A stretch of 64,000 bases of DNA. It comes from Haliotis rubra (taxonomy: Eukaryota). The DNA lies in the NCBI RefSeq assembly GCF_003918875.1, contig NW_025765603.1, forward strand, positions 682,001 to 746,000, read 5' to 3'. The notes under the pieces are model-generated. The model saw only the letters and a program-made list of their open reading frames with translations. It was not told where the DNA came from and made no database searches. Below are positions 35,101-46,778 of this stretch, one piece after another; the stretch's first letter is position 1, and every line of letters begins with the position of its first letter. Made by a program: the position numbers and the translations under genes.

Positions 35101-37839
35101 TTACAGACCGCCGCAATATAGCTGGAATATTGCTGAGTGCGGGGTTAAACAACAAACAAACAAAATAAATGCAGTAGGCTGTCACACATTTATTCTCCAC
35201 GACAACACAGGACAGAAGGTGAGGTGAGGTGAGGTGAGGTGAGGTGAGGTGAGGTGAGGTGAGGTGAAATGGGGTTTAACTTCGTGCTTGAGAACATTTC
35301 GCTCATATGACGACATGCATGCGTGTGTATGTGTATGTGCGGCTGCTTGTACTAGCCCAGACTGAAGCTGGTTTTATAGTGCTAGCCCACTGAGATACCA
35401 TGCCGCAGTGAAGCATGAATACCCCACTCAGACACATTATACTGACTCCGAGCCGACCAGTCCTTGTTGTACCCATTAATGCCGAGCGCCAGGCAGGGAC
35501 CAACAAGTACCACATTTTAACGTCTTTTGGTATGACGCGGTCGGGGATCGAACCCGCGACCTTCCGCTCTCCGGGCGGAACACAGGACAAAAGACAACAC
35601 GAGACTGACGTGCATCATACTCAGGTCTGATTGGTTTACACTATATTACGTGTCACGTATTGTGTGATCTGCAGGTATTGCTGATTTTAAAGGGACCGTC
35701 TCATGTTTTCATCTAACAGTGAGTGAGTGAGTTTAGTTTTACGTTGCTATCAGCAATGTTCCAGCAATATCACGGCGGGTAACACCAGAATTGGGCTTCA
35801 CACATTGTGCCCATGGGGGGAATCAAACCCGGGTCTTCGGCGCGACGATGGAACGCCTTAACCACTAGGTTACCCCGCCGCGCCGTTTACATCTAACAAG
35901 AGTGAGTGAGTGAGTTTTAGATTTACGCCGCTTTTTGCAATATTCCAGCAATATCACAGCGGGGGACACCAGAAATGGGCTTCACACATTGTATACATAT
36001 GGGGAATCGAACCCGGGCCTTCGGCGTTACGAGCGAACGCTTTAACCACTAGGCTACCCCAAACCCAACAAGAGATAATCACTTACTAGTTTTGTGAGGT
36101 ACACAGCAATAGTCTTCTGAGGAACATCCTCGGTTGTCGTAGTCACGTGTGCCGTCACAGAGGATGTCTGAGGCGTTTGGGAGACATCTTCCCTTTAATT
36201 CTGAACATGACGCCGTCTGTGCATGCGCTAAAAATTAATGATATTGCATTTTCCGAAAATTGCACGACACGTGTCTATTTAACAGATTCAGTGATTCTTA
36301 TACGTGCTGTAAAGCGCCATAATTCTACATTGCCTCCCTTAGTGGGGGCAGGATCAGCTAGATCCTAATCAATAGTATTTCTCTGGATCCACATCTATAG
36401 AACAGACGGATGGTATGGGCAGACTAGTGGTTATCCATTTGATCTCCAGGACTAAAATCCGCTTGAGCAAAGTGAACATCGGGTTCCTGGTATTGCGGAT
36501 ATGATATCGCACGAATAATGATATACACAATGCCAAATAAATGCGATAGACCAGTTGACCAGGGTGTCCGCTGGCATCGGCAGTCGACCCAGGACGTCGG
36601 TTGAAGGATCAAATCCCCACCCACTCTGTCCGTGTTGTTATATTTATTTTATAAATAAACAACGACAATAGATATATCTTTCCAATTTTACTTGGAGTAA
36701 ACCTTAAGCCTAGAATCACTACAGAGTTTTGCTGTAACTGAAATTCTGTTTAAATTAGCGTCAAACCACATTCCCTCATGCACTTGACCAACGAAGAACC
36801 CACTAAGAGATTGTCGTCCAGTACCCATGCCCGTAACAGACAACTGGTAATGTAGGATTTGGTGTTTGGCACGTTGACTTGATTGAATCAGGTGATCGTA
36901 CTCCCGGGTACGTCATCGATGCTCATTGTGTCAACTGCTGAATTGTCTGGCCCAGACTCAATTACTTACAGAACGCCGTCACATGGGTGGAATATTGCTG
37001 AGCGAGACGTTAATCAACCAACCAGCAACGATAAACTTTCAAATATCGGTATGAGTATCTGCCCTCCTCTGACAACGGTGAGGTGAGGTGAAATTGGGTT
37101 TTACGTCGTGCTTGAGAACATTTCGCTCATATGACGACATGCATGCATGTGTATGTGTATGTGCGGCTGCTTGTACTAGCCCAGACTTAAGCTGGTTTTA
37201 TAGTGCTAGCCCACTGAGATACCATGCCGCAGTGAAGCATGAATACCCCACTCAGACACATTATACTGACTCCGAGCCGACCAGTCCTTGTTGTACCCCA
37301 TGTCTTTTGGTATGACGCGGTCGGGGATCGAACCCGCGACCTTCCGCTCTCCGGGCGGACCTCTGACAACAAGTTTATGATCAAATACACAGAAATTATT
37401 GCAAAAGGACGATTTTTCAAACTTGAAAATCTGACTTCACGGAAGTCCATCACCTGAGAACAGATTTTGCCATATGTCAACACAGTCCCTTATCAATGGT
37501 TTCACGAAACAATCAGATTGGGTCATATATTTGGCACAAATCAAATATACCAGAAGGTTCCTGAAAACATGTTGATAGGATTTTTGGACAAAGATTCGCA
37601 ATACTATACACAATAGAGTGTTGTTATAATTCCTCGGGTGTGGGAACTGATCACGGTCACGTGATATCAGTTTCCAAACAGTTTATCTCTTCTCAATCAT
37701 ATGCAGATCACGAGTGTTTAAATGTACCTCTTCATACTTTGTGCATTGAGGCCAATTTGGTTAGATAAATGTACTTACATATTTTCAAGCAACTGCAGCA
37801 ACAGACGCTGAGAACGACAATTACCGTGAATCCTGTCAT
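25997..37839 (-). CDS. Secreted cysteine-rich protein with three tandem beta-defensin-like (C-C-C-C-CC) domains, 159 aa, 4 exons
   Basis: Exons 37779-37839, 36087-36227, 27882-28019 and 25997-26136 with phase-1 GT-AG introns join to 480 nt: MTGFTVIVVLSVCCCSCLKISHA-QTASCSELKGRCLPNASDILCDGTRDYDNRGCSSEDYCCVPHKT-KSCASLGGHCLNVKSALVCGGEEIQGTPDCGQQAQGNYCCVRKDAQ-DPPMEACERMGGRCQSLLSALACGGNRDSSQCGDSTFTFCCYPPGN*. AATAAA overlaps the stop. Confidence 0.88.
26611..26783 (+). mobile_element. SINE family A copy nested in a family B SINE
   Basis: TSD CCTATGCCAGT; family B sequence continues on both sides. Confidence 0.85.
27882..28019 (-). CDS. Triple-defensin-like gene exon 3 (domain 2)
   Basis: ttacag| ...C-X6-C-X8-C-X10-C-X8-CC... 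|GTTGGC; 138 nt. Confidence 0.88.
28030..34870. repeat. ~44-bp G-rich satellite, about 150 copies, in intron 2 of the defensin-like gene
   Basis: Unit GGGTGAGTGTCTAACTGGGCAGGATGAGGGGTGAATGATTGACT. Confidence 0.98.
35217..35578 (-). mobile_element. SINE family C copy with long (GGTGA)n tail
   Basis: TSD ACACAGGACARAAG. Confidence 0.85.
36087..36227 (-). CDS. Triple-defensin-like gene exon 2 (domain 1)
   Basis: tttttag| ...C-X6-C-X8-C-X10-C-X5-CC... |GTAAGT; 141 nt. Confidence 0.88.
37779..37839 (-). CDS. Triple-defensin-like gene exon 1 (signal peptide)
   Basis: ATG...MTGFTVIVVLSVCCCSCLKI T|GTAAGT, a consensus donor; hydrophobic core. Confidence 0.78.
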
Positions 37840-38096
37840 ATCTACTGATACGGCGAGATAGTGGACCTACCAGCAAGGTGAAGGTCGGTAGATGTAGGAC
37901 ATGTACAGTTTGCGGGCGGATTAGGCTGGCGTTCTGAAGTATTTCCAAACAGAATATATCTTATGATAAGCTTCTAAACTGTACTTGTAATGAGCGCCTG
38001 TGTTAGCACCGTGCCAGTGTCTTGTCCCATTGTCGGGACTGCTGGTGTCTCTTCTGTGCGAGTGTGTGTTGAATATGCTTGGCTTATGTACATATC

Positions 38097-39240
38097 GAGA
38101 CTGTGTCTGTGTCGGGACTGTGTCTGTGTCGGGACTGTGTCTGTGTCGGGACTGTGTCTGTGTCGGGACTGTGTCTGTGTCGGGACTGTGTCTGTGTCGG
38201 GACTGTGTCTGTGTCGGGACTGTGTCTGTGACTGTGTCTGTGTCGGGACTGTGTCTGTGTCAGGACTGTGCCTGTGTCGGGACTGTGTCTGTGTCAGGAC
38301 TGTGCCTGTGTCGGGACTGTGTCTGTGTCAGGACTGTGTCTGTGTCAGGACTGTGTCTGTGTCAGGACTGTGTCTGTGTCGGGACTGTGTCTGTGTCGGG
38401 ACTGTGCCCTGTGTGTCGGGACTGTGTCTGTGTCAGGACTGTGTCTGTGTCGGGACTGTGTCTGTGTCGGGACTGTGCCTGTGTCGGGACTGTGTGTGTC
38501 TCAGGACTGTGTCTGTGTCAGGACTGTGTCTGTGTCGGGACTGTGTCTGTGTCGGGACTGTGTCTGTGTCAGGGACTGTGTCTGTGTCGGGACTGTGTCT
38601 GTGTCTGGAGTGTGCCTGTGTCGGGACGGTGCCTGTGTCGGGACTGTGTCTGTGTCGGGACGGTGCCTGTGTCTGTGTCGGGACTGTGTCTGTGTCGGGA
38701 CTGTGTCTGTGTCGGGACGGTGCCTGTGTCGGGACTGTGTACGTATCGGGACTGTGTCTGTGTCGGGACGGTGACTGTGTCGGGACTGTGTACGTATCGG
38801 GACTGTGTCTGTGTCGGGACTGTGTCTGTGTCGGGACTGTGCCTGTGTCGGGACTGTGTCTGTGTCGGGACGGTGCCTGTGTCTGTGTCAGGACTGTGTC
38901 TGTGTCGGGACTGTGACTGTGTCGGGACTGTGTCTGTGTCGGGACTGTGCCTGTGTCAGGAATGTGCCTGTGTCAGGACTGTGTCTGTGATGGGACTGTG
39001 TGTGTGTCTGGAGTGTGCCTGTGTCTGTGTCGGGACTGTGTCTGTGTCGGGACGGTGACTGTGTCGGGACTGTGTGTGTGTCGGGACTGTGCCTGTGTCG
39101 GGACTGTGTGTGTGTCTGGAGTGTGCCTGTGTCGGGACTGTGCCTGTGTCGGGACGGTGCCTGTGTCTGGACTGTGTGTGTGTCTGGACTGTGTGTGTGT
39201 CGGAACTGTGTGTCGGGACGGTTTCTGTGTCGAGACTGTA
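38097..39240. repeat. 17-bp minisatellite (GGGACTGTGTCTGTGTC) upstream of the defensin-like gene
   Basis: Visible periodicity; source of spurious Cys/Val-rich ORFs. Confidence 0.97.
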
Positions 39241-39873
39241 CCTGCATAGTGCCTATGTGGAGATATACTATTCACGCGTGGATACAGGTTTTTGGAACGG
39301 CCGTTGGGACTCACGTATTATTCAGCGTGAGAAATCCACTAATTGTGGATCCACTAATGAAATCTACAAACATCTCCTTGACCCACGCAAATAATACATC
39401 CTAGGTTCAGTGATACAAAGCTATTATTGTCAATTAATATGTGAAAAACTGTGAAAAACGATCTACGTTCATGAGAAATATTTAAACACATTGACGATCC
39501 TTTCAGTCAGGAAATTTATTATTATCTATAAATATAACCGATATTTCTCTTTAGTTGAAGCTACTTTCGGTCCAAAGCCTTATGCTTCAGCATGTTTCCA
39601 AATCTTTGCCAAATTAATGTATATTTTGCTCAGCTCATGACTTGCAATTTGCCATTTCACTCATGCCCCTGCATCTGAAACCTTGTACCAGTTAAGTGGT
39701 TAACGGATTATCAAAGCGGCGTAATAAATGCTGCCTTTATTTGTGATTAGATGCACTGGTCATAGGCTCGAATCCCAGATTCAATGGTCTTTCAGTGGTA
39801 AACGTTTCCCCAAGGTCTAAGACCTGCTGCTCACCCATGATGAATTTGTTTACAGTGAACGCACTTGCTGAAC

Positions 39874-40450
39874 ATTATTGTTTATCTTACCTCGCACATA
39901 AATGTCGTTTTCTGATTGACTGAGCGCTCTTCTATTATTTTCAATGTACCTCGCTTACAATCGAGTAATATTTTCTATGCTACCCGCTGGGAATGCCGAA
40001 CTGCGGGAATTCATTTGGTACTTCGTGTTAGTAATTCTTTATCTCGAATAATTGAGTCACGTATGATGTACGGACATTACCGATGTTTTGCGAATGCAAC
40101 TTGATGGAAGGGAGATAACTCTAAATTTGTTTTTCTTGTCTGCTAAATTCTATGTCATCTGAAAATCGAGTATTTGCTAATTGAGTAACTCTGGTACACC
40201 TTATTATGATCCGATACCCGTGCTTCAAACAGTTCAAAATTAACACTGAGGTGTTCGGTAAGATAAATACCTTGTTCACTGGTCATGTAGGGGACATGGG
40301 TTGATATATCCTCTATGTTTGTTTATGTTCCGAAGGGATCAGGGAACATAAAAAATGAAAATTTTGTAAGCTGGGTACAATGAAATTAACAGAAGAGCGT
40401 CCAACCAATCAGAAAACGACATTTATGTGTGAGGTAAGATAAAAAATAAT
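39874..40450. mobile_element. MITE with ~60-bp terminal inverted repeats
   Basis: TTTATCTTACCTCGCACATAAATGTCGTTTTCTGATTG... versus ...CAATCAGAAAACGACATTTATGTGTGAGGTAAGATAAA. Confidence 0.75.
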
Positions 40451-40974
40451 ATTACTGTGGACAGGGAAATAAGCTATATATTCTGTCAGAAGCATCGTTT
40501 TAATATAAAAGCAAATATGCAGCCTCGATTATCCGCCCAAACAGATTACACTGGACGTAAAAGGTATTAAAATAGCTGTAAACATATGAACTAGTTATAA
40601 TGGCAAGCGTATCCTACCCTGCCTGTAGCACCTGCACTCACACAACATGCACCCGGAAGTAAGTATTTATTTGGTACCTGACGCCACACAGACAAACATT
40701 GCATATCACAATAATAATAGCATGCTTGTAATGCGCTATTTTCCATGTACAACATGCTCAAAGCGCAAGACATAGAAGTATATACAAAACTGACACCAAG
40801 AGATAATGAAACACTAGAGATAAATGGAACACAATTCAATAGATTATGAAGTCAGTCAAAGCTAACAACGTATTACATTTGGTATTTTATGAGTACGGAC
40901 GGCCCAATAGTTAAGGGACCTTAATACACTGTGAAGAGTTGTATCCCTTATGCCTGACAGGATCCTATGAACGT

Positions 40975-42111
40975 TTACGTTGAAGTTACTGCTTGCTGTT
41001 TTTTATCCCCGTCTCCTGACCTGTTCTCGTTCTTGCTTTTCATTTTAGCCTCAGAGACATACAATCTACAAAACACACCCTCTGGCCAGAATCTGGCCAG
41101 TACTTTTTGGGAGTCGTCACGTGCTATATCCACCAGCATTGTGTACGTACATTGTCCGGCCTTACACCGCCATGTCCTCATGTGACGTACATGTATCAAC
41201 CGTACACCCCTGCTGGCGGCATATCTCGCCACAGCTGTACTTACAACGTCAAAGCTTGCTTGTCCTCCCACACGGGACAACACATACTGTTCCGTTTTTA
41301 TGTTCTCCTGTCCATCTCGATTTGGTTCTTTTATAGCCGGCTTACTTTCTTTTGCGTGAAAGTGGTGACTTTCTACGCTCCCAAATTGAAAAGCATGAGT
41401 ATCATTACGCGAAGGTATATCAGCAACTGGGAGCTTTTGTGTCCGTGAATGTCTACCATCATTTTGACGTGGACAATCTTGAGGACGGGTAATGTGAGTT
41501 ACACTTTGTCCGACAGATGTCGTTTCAGGAGTGAAACAGTTTTCACTGCCTTGTGCTCCCCCTGTTTTAGTTCCAATGTTGTTAAGGGAGACAACTGCAG
41601 AGGAGGAAGGTTTTGTTCTCTGGAGCACAAGGTCTACCTTGCCTGTCATGACGTCTAATTTGCGGAAATGTTCAGTCATGGCGGCGATTTCCGACTGATA
41701 TTTCATCACTTTTATCCCCAGTTCTTTGTTTTCATTCTTCTGCAGCTTAATTTCGTACCTCATCTTCTGTTCATTCACCCGGTATGCATACAACTGTTCG
41801 TTGAGGATTCGGTTGGTGTCCTCTCCTCGGCTTATCGTGTCCTTTAAAGCCTGTATTTCTGCATCTTTGCTCTTTACTAACATGTCAAGCTTGTCAGCGA
41901 GGAGTGGCATGTTTTCACTGAATTTATGTTTGATCTCCATAATGGCTTTCAACACCGAGACCTGGTCCATGTGGTCATTGTGGATCCTTGTCTTGGCGCA
42001 CACAATATCGTTAGGAATCTGGTAGCTGTTCCCATCGGCGCCACCGCAAGACTTGCTCAGCTCGTGGTTCCGCGGGGCAGTCATATTGCGATGAACAGGA
42101 ACCAGTAGCAT
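40975..42111 (-). CDS. Intronless 378-aa ORF resembling ORF1p of CR1/L2-group non-LTR retrotransposons (coiled coil plus C-terminal RRM-like domain)
   Basis: Long heptad region (LADKLDMLVKSKDAEIQALKD...FRKLD), low-complexity linker, C-terminal ...SQKVLARFWPEGVFCRLY motif typical of invertebrate LINE ORF1; no ORF2 follows. Confidence 0.65.
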   Translation of the reverse strand: MLLVPVHRNMTAPRNHELSKSCGGADGNSYQIPNDIVCAKTRIHNDHMDQVSVLKAIMEIKHKFSENMPLLADKLDMLVKSKDAEIQALKDTISRGEDTNRILNEQLYAYRVNEQKMRYEIKLQKNENKELGIKVMKYQSEIAAMTEHFRKLDVMTGKVDLVLQRTKPSSSAVVSLNNIGTKTGGAQGSENCFTPETTSVGQSVTHITRPQDCPRQNDGRHSRTQKLPVADIPSRNDTHAFQFGSVESHHFHAKESKPAIKEPNRDGQENIKTEQYVLSRVGGQASFDVVSTAVARYAASRGVRLIHVRHMRTWRCKAGQCTYTMLVDIARDDSQKVLARFWPEGVFCRLYVSEAKMKSKNENRSGDGDKKQQAVTST

Positions 42112-42419
42112 TTACCTGGAATGAACCAACCCAACCGTGATAACATGGATAGTTCTAGTGACGTACTTACACTACACCTCAAAAAGAAATTCCTTTCGAG
42201 AAGGTCACGGGAGGTGGTTGACTTCGTCCACAACGTTAACACAAACAACACGCGTGACAAAACGTCATGCACAGGTATCGACTTGGTTGTGTTATTGTGC
42301 GTACTCGTAATGCGCCCTTGGGGAACATAATTTTGAGTTGTAGAGTATCATCTGTGTGGTTTGGCTATATGCACAGATGCAAGGCACAATAACTCCAAAT
42401 GCCAAGTCGGATGTCGGTA

Positions 42420-42770
42420 GGGGCGGTGGGGTAGCCTAGTGGTTGAAGCTTCGCTCGTCACGCCGAAGCCCCGGGTTCGATTCCCCACATGGATACAGTG
42501 TGTTAAGCCCAATTTCTGGTGTCCCCGCCGTGATATTGCTGGAATAATGCTAAAAGCGGCGTTAAACAATACTCACTCTGGTGTCCCACGCCGTGATATT
42601 GCTGCAATATTGCTAAAAGCGACGTTAAACGATACTCACTCTGGTGTCCCCCGCCGTGATATTGCTGCAATATTGCTAAAAGCGGCGTTAAACGATACTC
42701 ACTCTGGTGTCCCCCGCCGTGATATTGCTGGAATATTGCTAAAAGCGGTGTAAAAGTAAACTCACTCACT
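42420..42770 (+). mobile_element. SINE family A copy with a quadruplicated 3' end
   Basis: Four tandem 62-63-bp 3' segments; TSD TCGGATGTCGGTA. Confidence 0.88.
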
Positions 42771-44339
42771 CGGATGTCGGTACCTGGAGGTCGTAAAAGA
42801 AACAGAGAAACCAATGTCCCAAGAAACCAAGACAAGGCTTCACATGCTGTATCAATAAATCAAGGATTTGTCCCCACCAGCGATCCACTGGCTGACTCTG
42901 GTGCCCCGTAGCATGCTGCTCATGCTGTTGATCACTGTATTGTCTGGTCCAGACTCTGTTATTTACAAACAACCGCCATATATTTGGAATATTGTGTACG
43001 GCTTTAAACAACAAACAAACGTAGGTTTACCAAAGATCAGTTGTCACCTGGATCTTCAAGGATGCATATTGTTTATAACGTTTAGAATGTCGACACAGAT
43101 TTGTGTCTTAAGCACATGTCAACGGCACTCACCCTAATCGTGCAGCTGAGAGTATCCACATATATAGAGACGCCATGCTCCTGCTACTCCGTGCCCTTGC
43201 ACTGTATGAGGCCGGAGTAACTCGAGGAGTATATATACAGCCTTATCTCAGTCCCGCTGACGTGATACTACACTTTCGCGAAAACCAGGGGTTAGTTCCA
43301 GGAACATGGAGATAACGTGTACTGTGTGTACACATCTTGGAGAAGGTCATCTTGGCTTGCAGATAAATGTGTGTATATGATATGATACATTTCAAAATAT
43401 ATACTCATGGAAACGAAAAAGGGAACACATGAAAGTACAAGTGTTCCTTTATTCTTTTCCAAAATTTCACCAACAGTCAATACAAAGCTTGTGAAGGAAC
43501 CTGGAAAAGAATAAAGGAACACTTGTGCTTTCATGTGTTCCCTTATTTGTTTCCATGAGTATACACGTTAGTGAGTGAGTGAGTGAGTTAAAATTTAACG
43601 TCACATCGGCAATATTTCAGCCATATCGTGACGAGTTAGTAAGTATCATTTAGCCCTAGTTAAAGTATTAACCGTGTGCGTGTATTTCATCATGGGTAGT
43701 CGACGTTTCTTTCAGATGCACGGATTACACCTCATCCTCTGAAACTATCAACAACATTTTTACATTTCACGTCTTTAAGTGACTTGCTTCGTGAGAACGT
43801 GAAGATCCGGGTCAGAATTGATCTTCAGCAACCCATGCTTGTCATAAGAGGCGACTAACGGGATCGGGTGGTCAGACTCATCGACTTGGTGCATGTGTTA
43901 TCGTATCCCAGTTATGTAGATCGATGCTCATGCTGTTGATCACTGGATTGTCTGGTCCAGACTCCATTATTTACAGATCGCCGCCATATAGCTGGAATAT
44001 TGGTAACAAACGTTAAGAAACAAACAAACCACACCATCATGAATCATACTTTGATTCTACTGACGCCATCTATTCCATGTCTATGTCTCCTTCTTCTGTC
44101 TCCAACTGTCTATCTCTCCCTATGATTTATTCTCTCACTCAAATACTCAGTCCAGTACTGACAGATACATGTACGGCTCAGTCCTCTGCACCCATCCAAC
44201 AAACTCAGCCCCGGAAACAGTCCGGCACAGTGACCATGACCATCTGTCAGCGTGCGATTACAATATAACGAATGTGTCTTGAAGAGATAGGTCAACTGGA
44301 ACGGTTCACTCAGTCAGATTTCCAATTTTTCATCCCTGA

Positions 44340-44510
44340 GGGGCGGTGAGGTAGCCTAGTGGTTAAAGCGTCTGCTCGTCACGCCGAATACCCGGGTTCG
44401 ATTCTCCACATGGGTACAAAGTGGTAATCCCATTTCTGGTGTACCCCGCCGTGATATTGCTGGAATATTCCTAAAAGCGGCGTAAACTTAAACTCAATCA
44501 CTCACTCACT
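44340..44510 (+). mobile_element. SINE family A copy
   Basis: TSD TTTTTCATCCCTGAG. Confidence 0.88.
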
Positions 44511-45480
44511 TTTTCATCCCTGAGAAACAGTTCACAGGACCGCATGCCTATCTAAACCTAGACTGCATCCAGTCTCTGTTTCAACTTAAACTAAAACGAA
44601 ATTGTAGATGCGGCGATAAGCAGTATTCACTCACGCCAAGGCCTATGTTATTGCTGTGACCTTATGCGTTTTTCTTCACATAATGGCAGATGTGTGAAGC
44701 CTTCACAATCACCCTTTCCCAGTAATTAATGAAAGTGAATAAATAGTGGTTTAACAACGATCGCCCTGAATGATCAATCAATAGTACATATTCATTATTA
44801 CCCTGGATAACCCCAGCTGTCTGTTAGGCGCTTGAAGGTCACATGCTTTATACCACCGGGTACGCATTTTCTGCTGAATCAACAGAGGCAATTTTGAACA
44901 AACTCACTTGCCTAAGGTGAGACCACATGTATCACATGTGCTCGTTGTGGGGCAGGACAGAAGTCCTAGAAACTCTCAGGAGTCAAGCTGCCAAACACGG
45001 TCACCCATTCAAGGACTCTCCGCGCCCAAAATTGCTGAACTACACCTGATTTGTGACCTGAGCTCTATGCACAGGATCACACACGACCATAAAGATTCAG
45101 GACCATCCTGGTCGGGTCTATATTAAATTGGTAGCGGAGATATGCCTCTCCTCTCTCCTCCCCCGATACGTGTACGTGTTTAGGTTGTATTGACAATATT
45201 GTTGTGTTGGTTGTTTAACCCCGAGCATGCCAATACTCAAGCTGAGAGATGGCGTCCTTCAATATTCATGTCAGTACCAATCTAACAAATGACTGATATC
45301 ATGAACATTCGTGTGGTTGGAACTTATGAAACAGTTCGTTACAGCCGTGTTCGGGGTAACCAATTGCAATTTCTACTGTAGTTGATAATACGCTACTTTA
45401 GACGTTGTTATAACGGGAATGGCTGCTCGTGTTTTTTCATGATCGTTTCAGCCTTAAGTTCACAGAGGTGGAATGCTTAA

Positions 45481-46550
45481 AGGTCACATGCAATGTAAAA
45501 CACAACTTTGCAGATTCTGATACCTTTCGGTATGGACTTACCGAAACAAATCATCAAAAATGCAAATTCAACTTATAAAGTTGAAAAATAACGCGATGAA
45601 GAAAAACCGCGCGAAATCGGAGTTCAAACGATTAACTAATTTTCCCCCGACTGTTCGGGGGAAAACTGGTTTCAACAGCTGGGCTGCGCTCATAGCACTT
45701 GCGCAGTGAAATAGGTTCGCGCAACTTGGAAGCGGGCTGTCCGGTGAATACTCGGTGAAGGCTTTGGTGTGAGCTATTTTTCTAATGTTTTGTTGATATC
45801 AGGCTCGAGCTTTTTTATATGTTATGACAGTAAATAAACTGTTTATATAATTTCATTTGTCTATTTCACCACACGTTCTTCTTACCGAGTCACTTTCTCA
45901 GTTCGATACTTAAAAGCAATGTCATTATTAAGCGTTGACAGAATTTCTAACTGTGATATAGATATGTCGTTGTCACAGACAAAACTCAATGTCTTGTTTT
46001 ATTGACAGCTGTGTGTCTGCCTGCCTGTCTGCTAATGACAATATTCAATACACAACTGCGATAACTGACCACATGCAATTTGAACTTAACACCAATCAGG
46101 CTATACACCATAAACAAAACGCATTGATTTATGGCCCGAGTTCGGTCTCTGTCACATTATGTAATTACACAGACAGGCAGGTGTGATACTTGAACACATG
46201 ACATGTTATGATGTCTGTTGATTGCAAAATGTTATACACAAAAAATGAGCATGTATTTACAAAACCCAACATCTCTATATATACACACACAATGAGCCGT
46301 GAGGCATACGCAAATGAACCAGCCGTTACACTTGAGTGCACACCCACCCGCTCTGACTGGGTTCGGTATCCCGGCTGCTTCGTTTCTTGGGAAGTAAACC
46401 CAAGTACACAATATTGCACTTTTGATTTGCGATTGTACGCTTATAATTTTGTTTATATGTTTTTTCATAACCAGCAATGTATATTATATGTCATGAATAA
46501 GTGATAATTGTGTTTTAATCATGTTTGATTTTTTTGGTTGAAGGTGACCT
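45481..46550. mobile_element. Non-autonomous Kolobok-like DNA transposon
   Basis: TTAA on both sides (45477-45480, 46551-46554); terminal inverted repeats AGGTCACATGCAA / TTGAAGGTGACCT; no long ORF. Confidence 0.7.
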
Positions 46551-46778
46551 TTAAAGTTCGCACTTGTGATACACATCCTGTTTAGGTTGGACCTTTATGA
46601 AATTGGTCTCATTTTTCAGCCAACCAGAATCAATCATGCCTTGAAGCTCATGGATTCTGCGTCGATACTTGCCACATCCACTGTGATTTCCACAAGCCAC
46701 TCTGTGGGCCCGAACCCATACAGTATGCTGTGTTGGTCAGGGTATAATTGGTAGAAATTAGACCGTTATTGGCTTTGA

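Noticed and set aside
36201-36202. Alternative acceptor (ttcag|AA) for defensin-like exon 2
   Set aside because: It would create T|AA (stop) with exon 1 and drop the first Cys; the acceptor at 36228-36229 restores both.
37990-39404. Cys/Val-rich ORFs of 100-350 aa (metallothionein- or keratin-like appearance)
   Set aside because: They are translations of the 17-bp minisatellite, open in several frames and on both strands.
43175-43315. 46-aa ORF MLLLLRALALYEAG... with GCCATG
   Set aside because: Weak signal peptide, no recognisable motif or splice support; compatible with chance.
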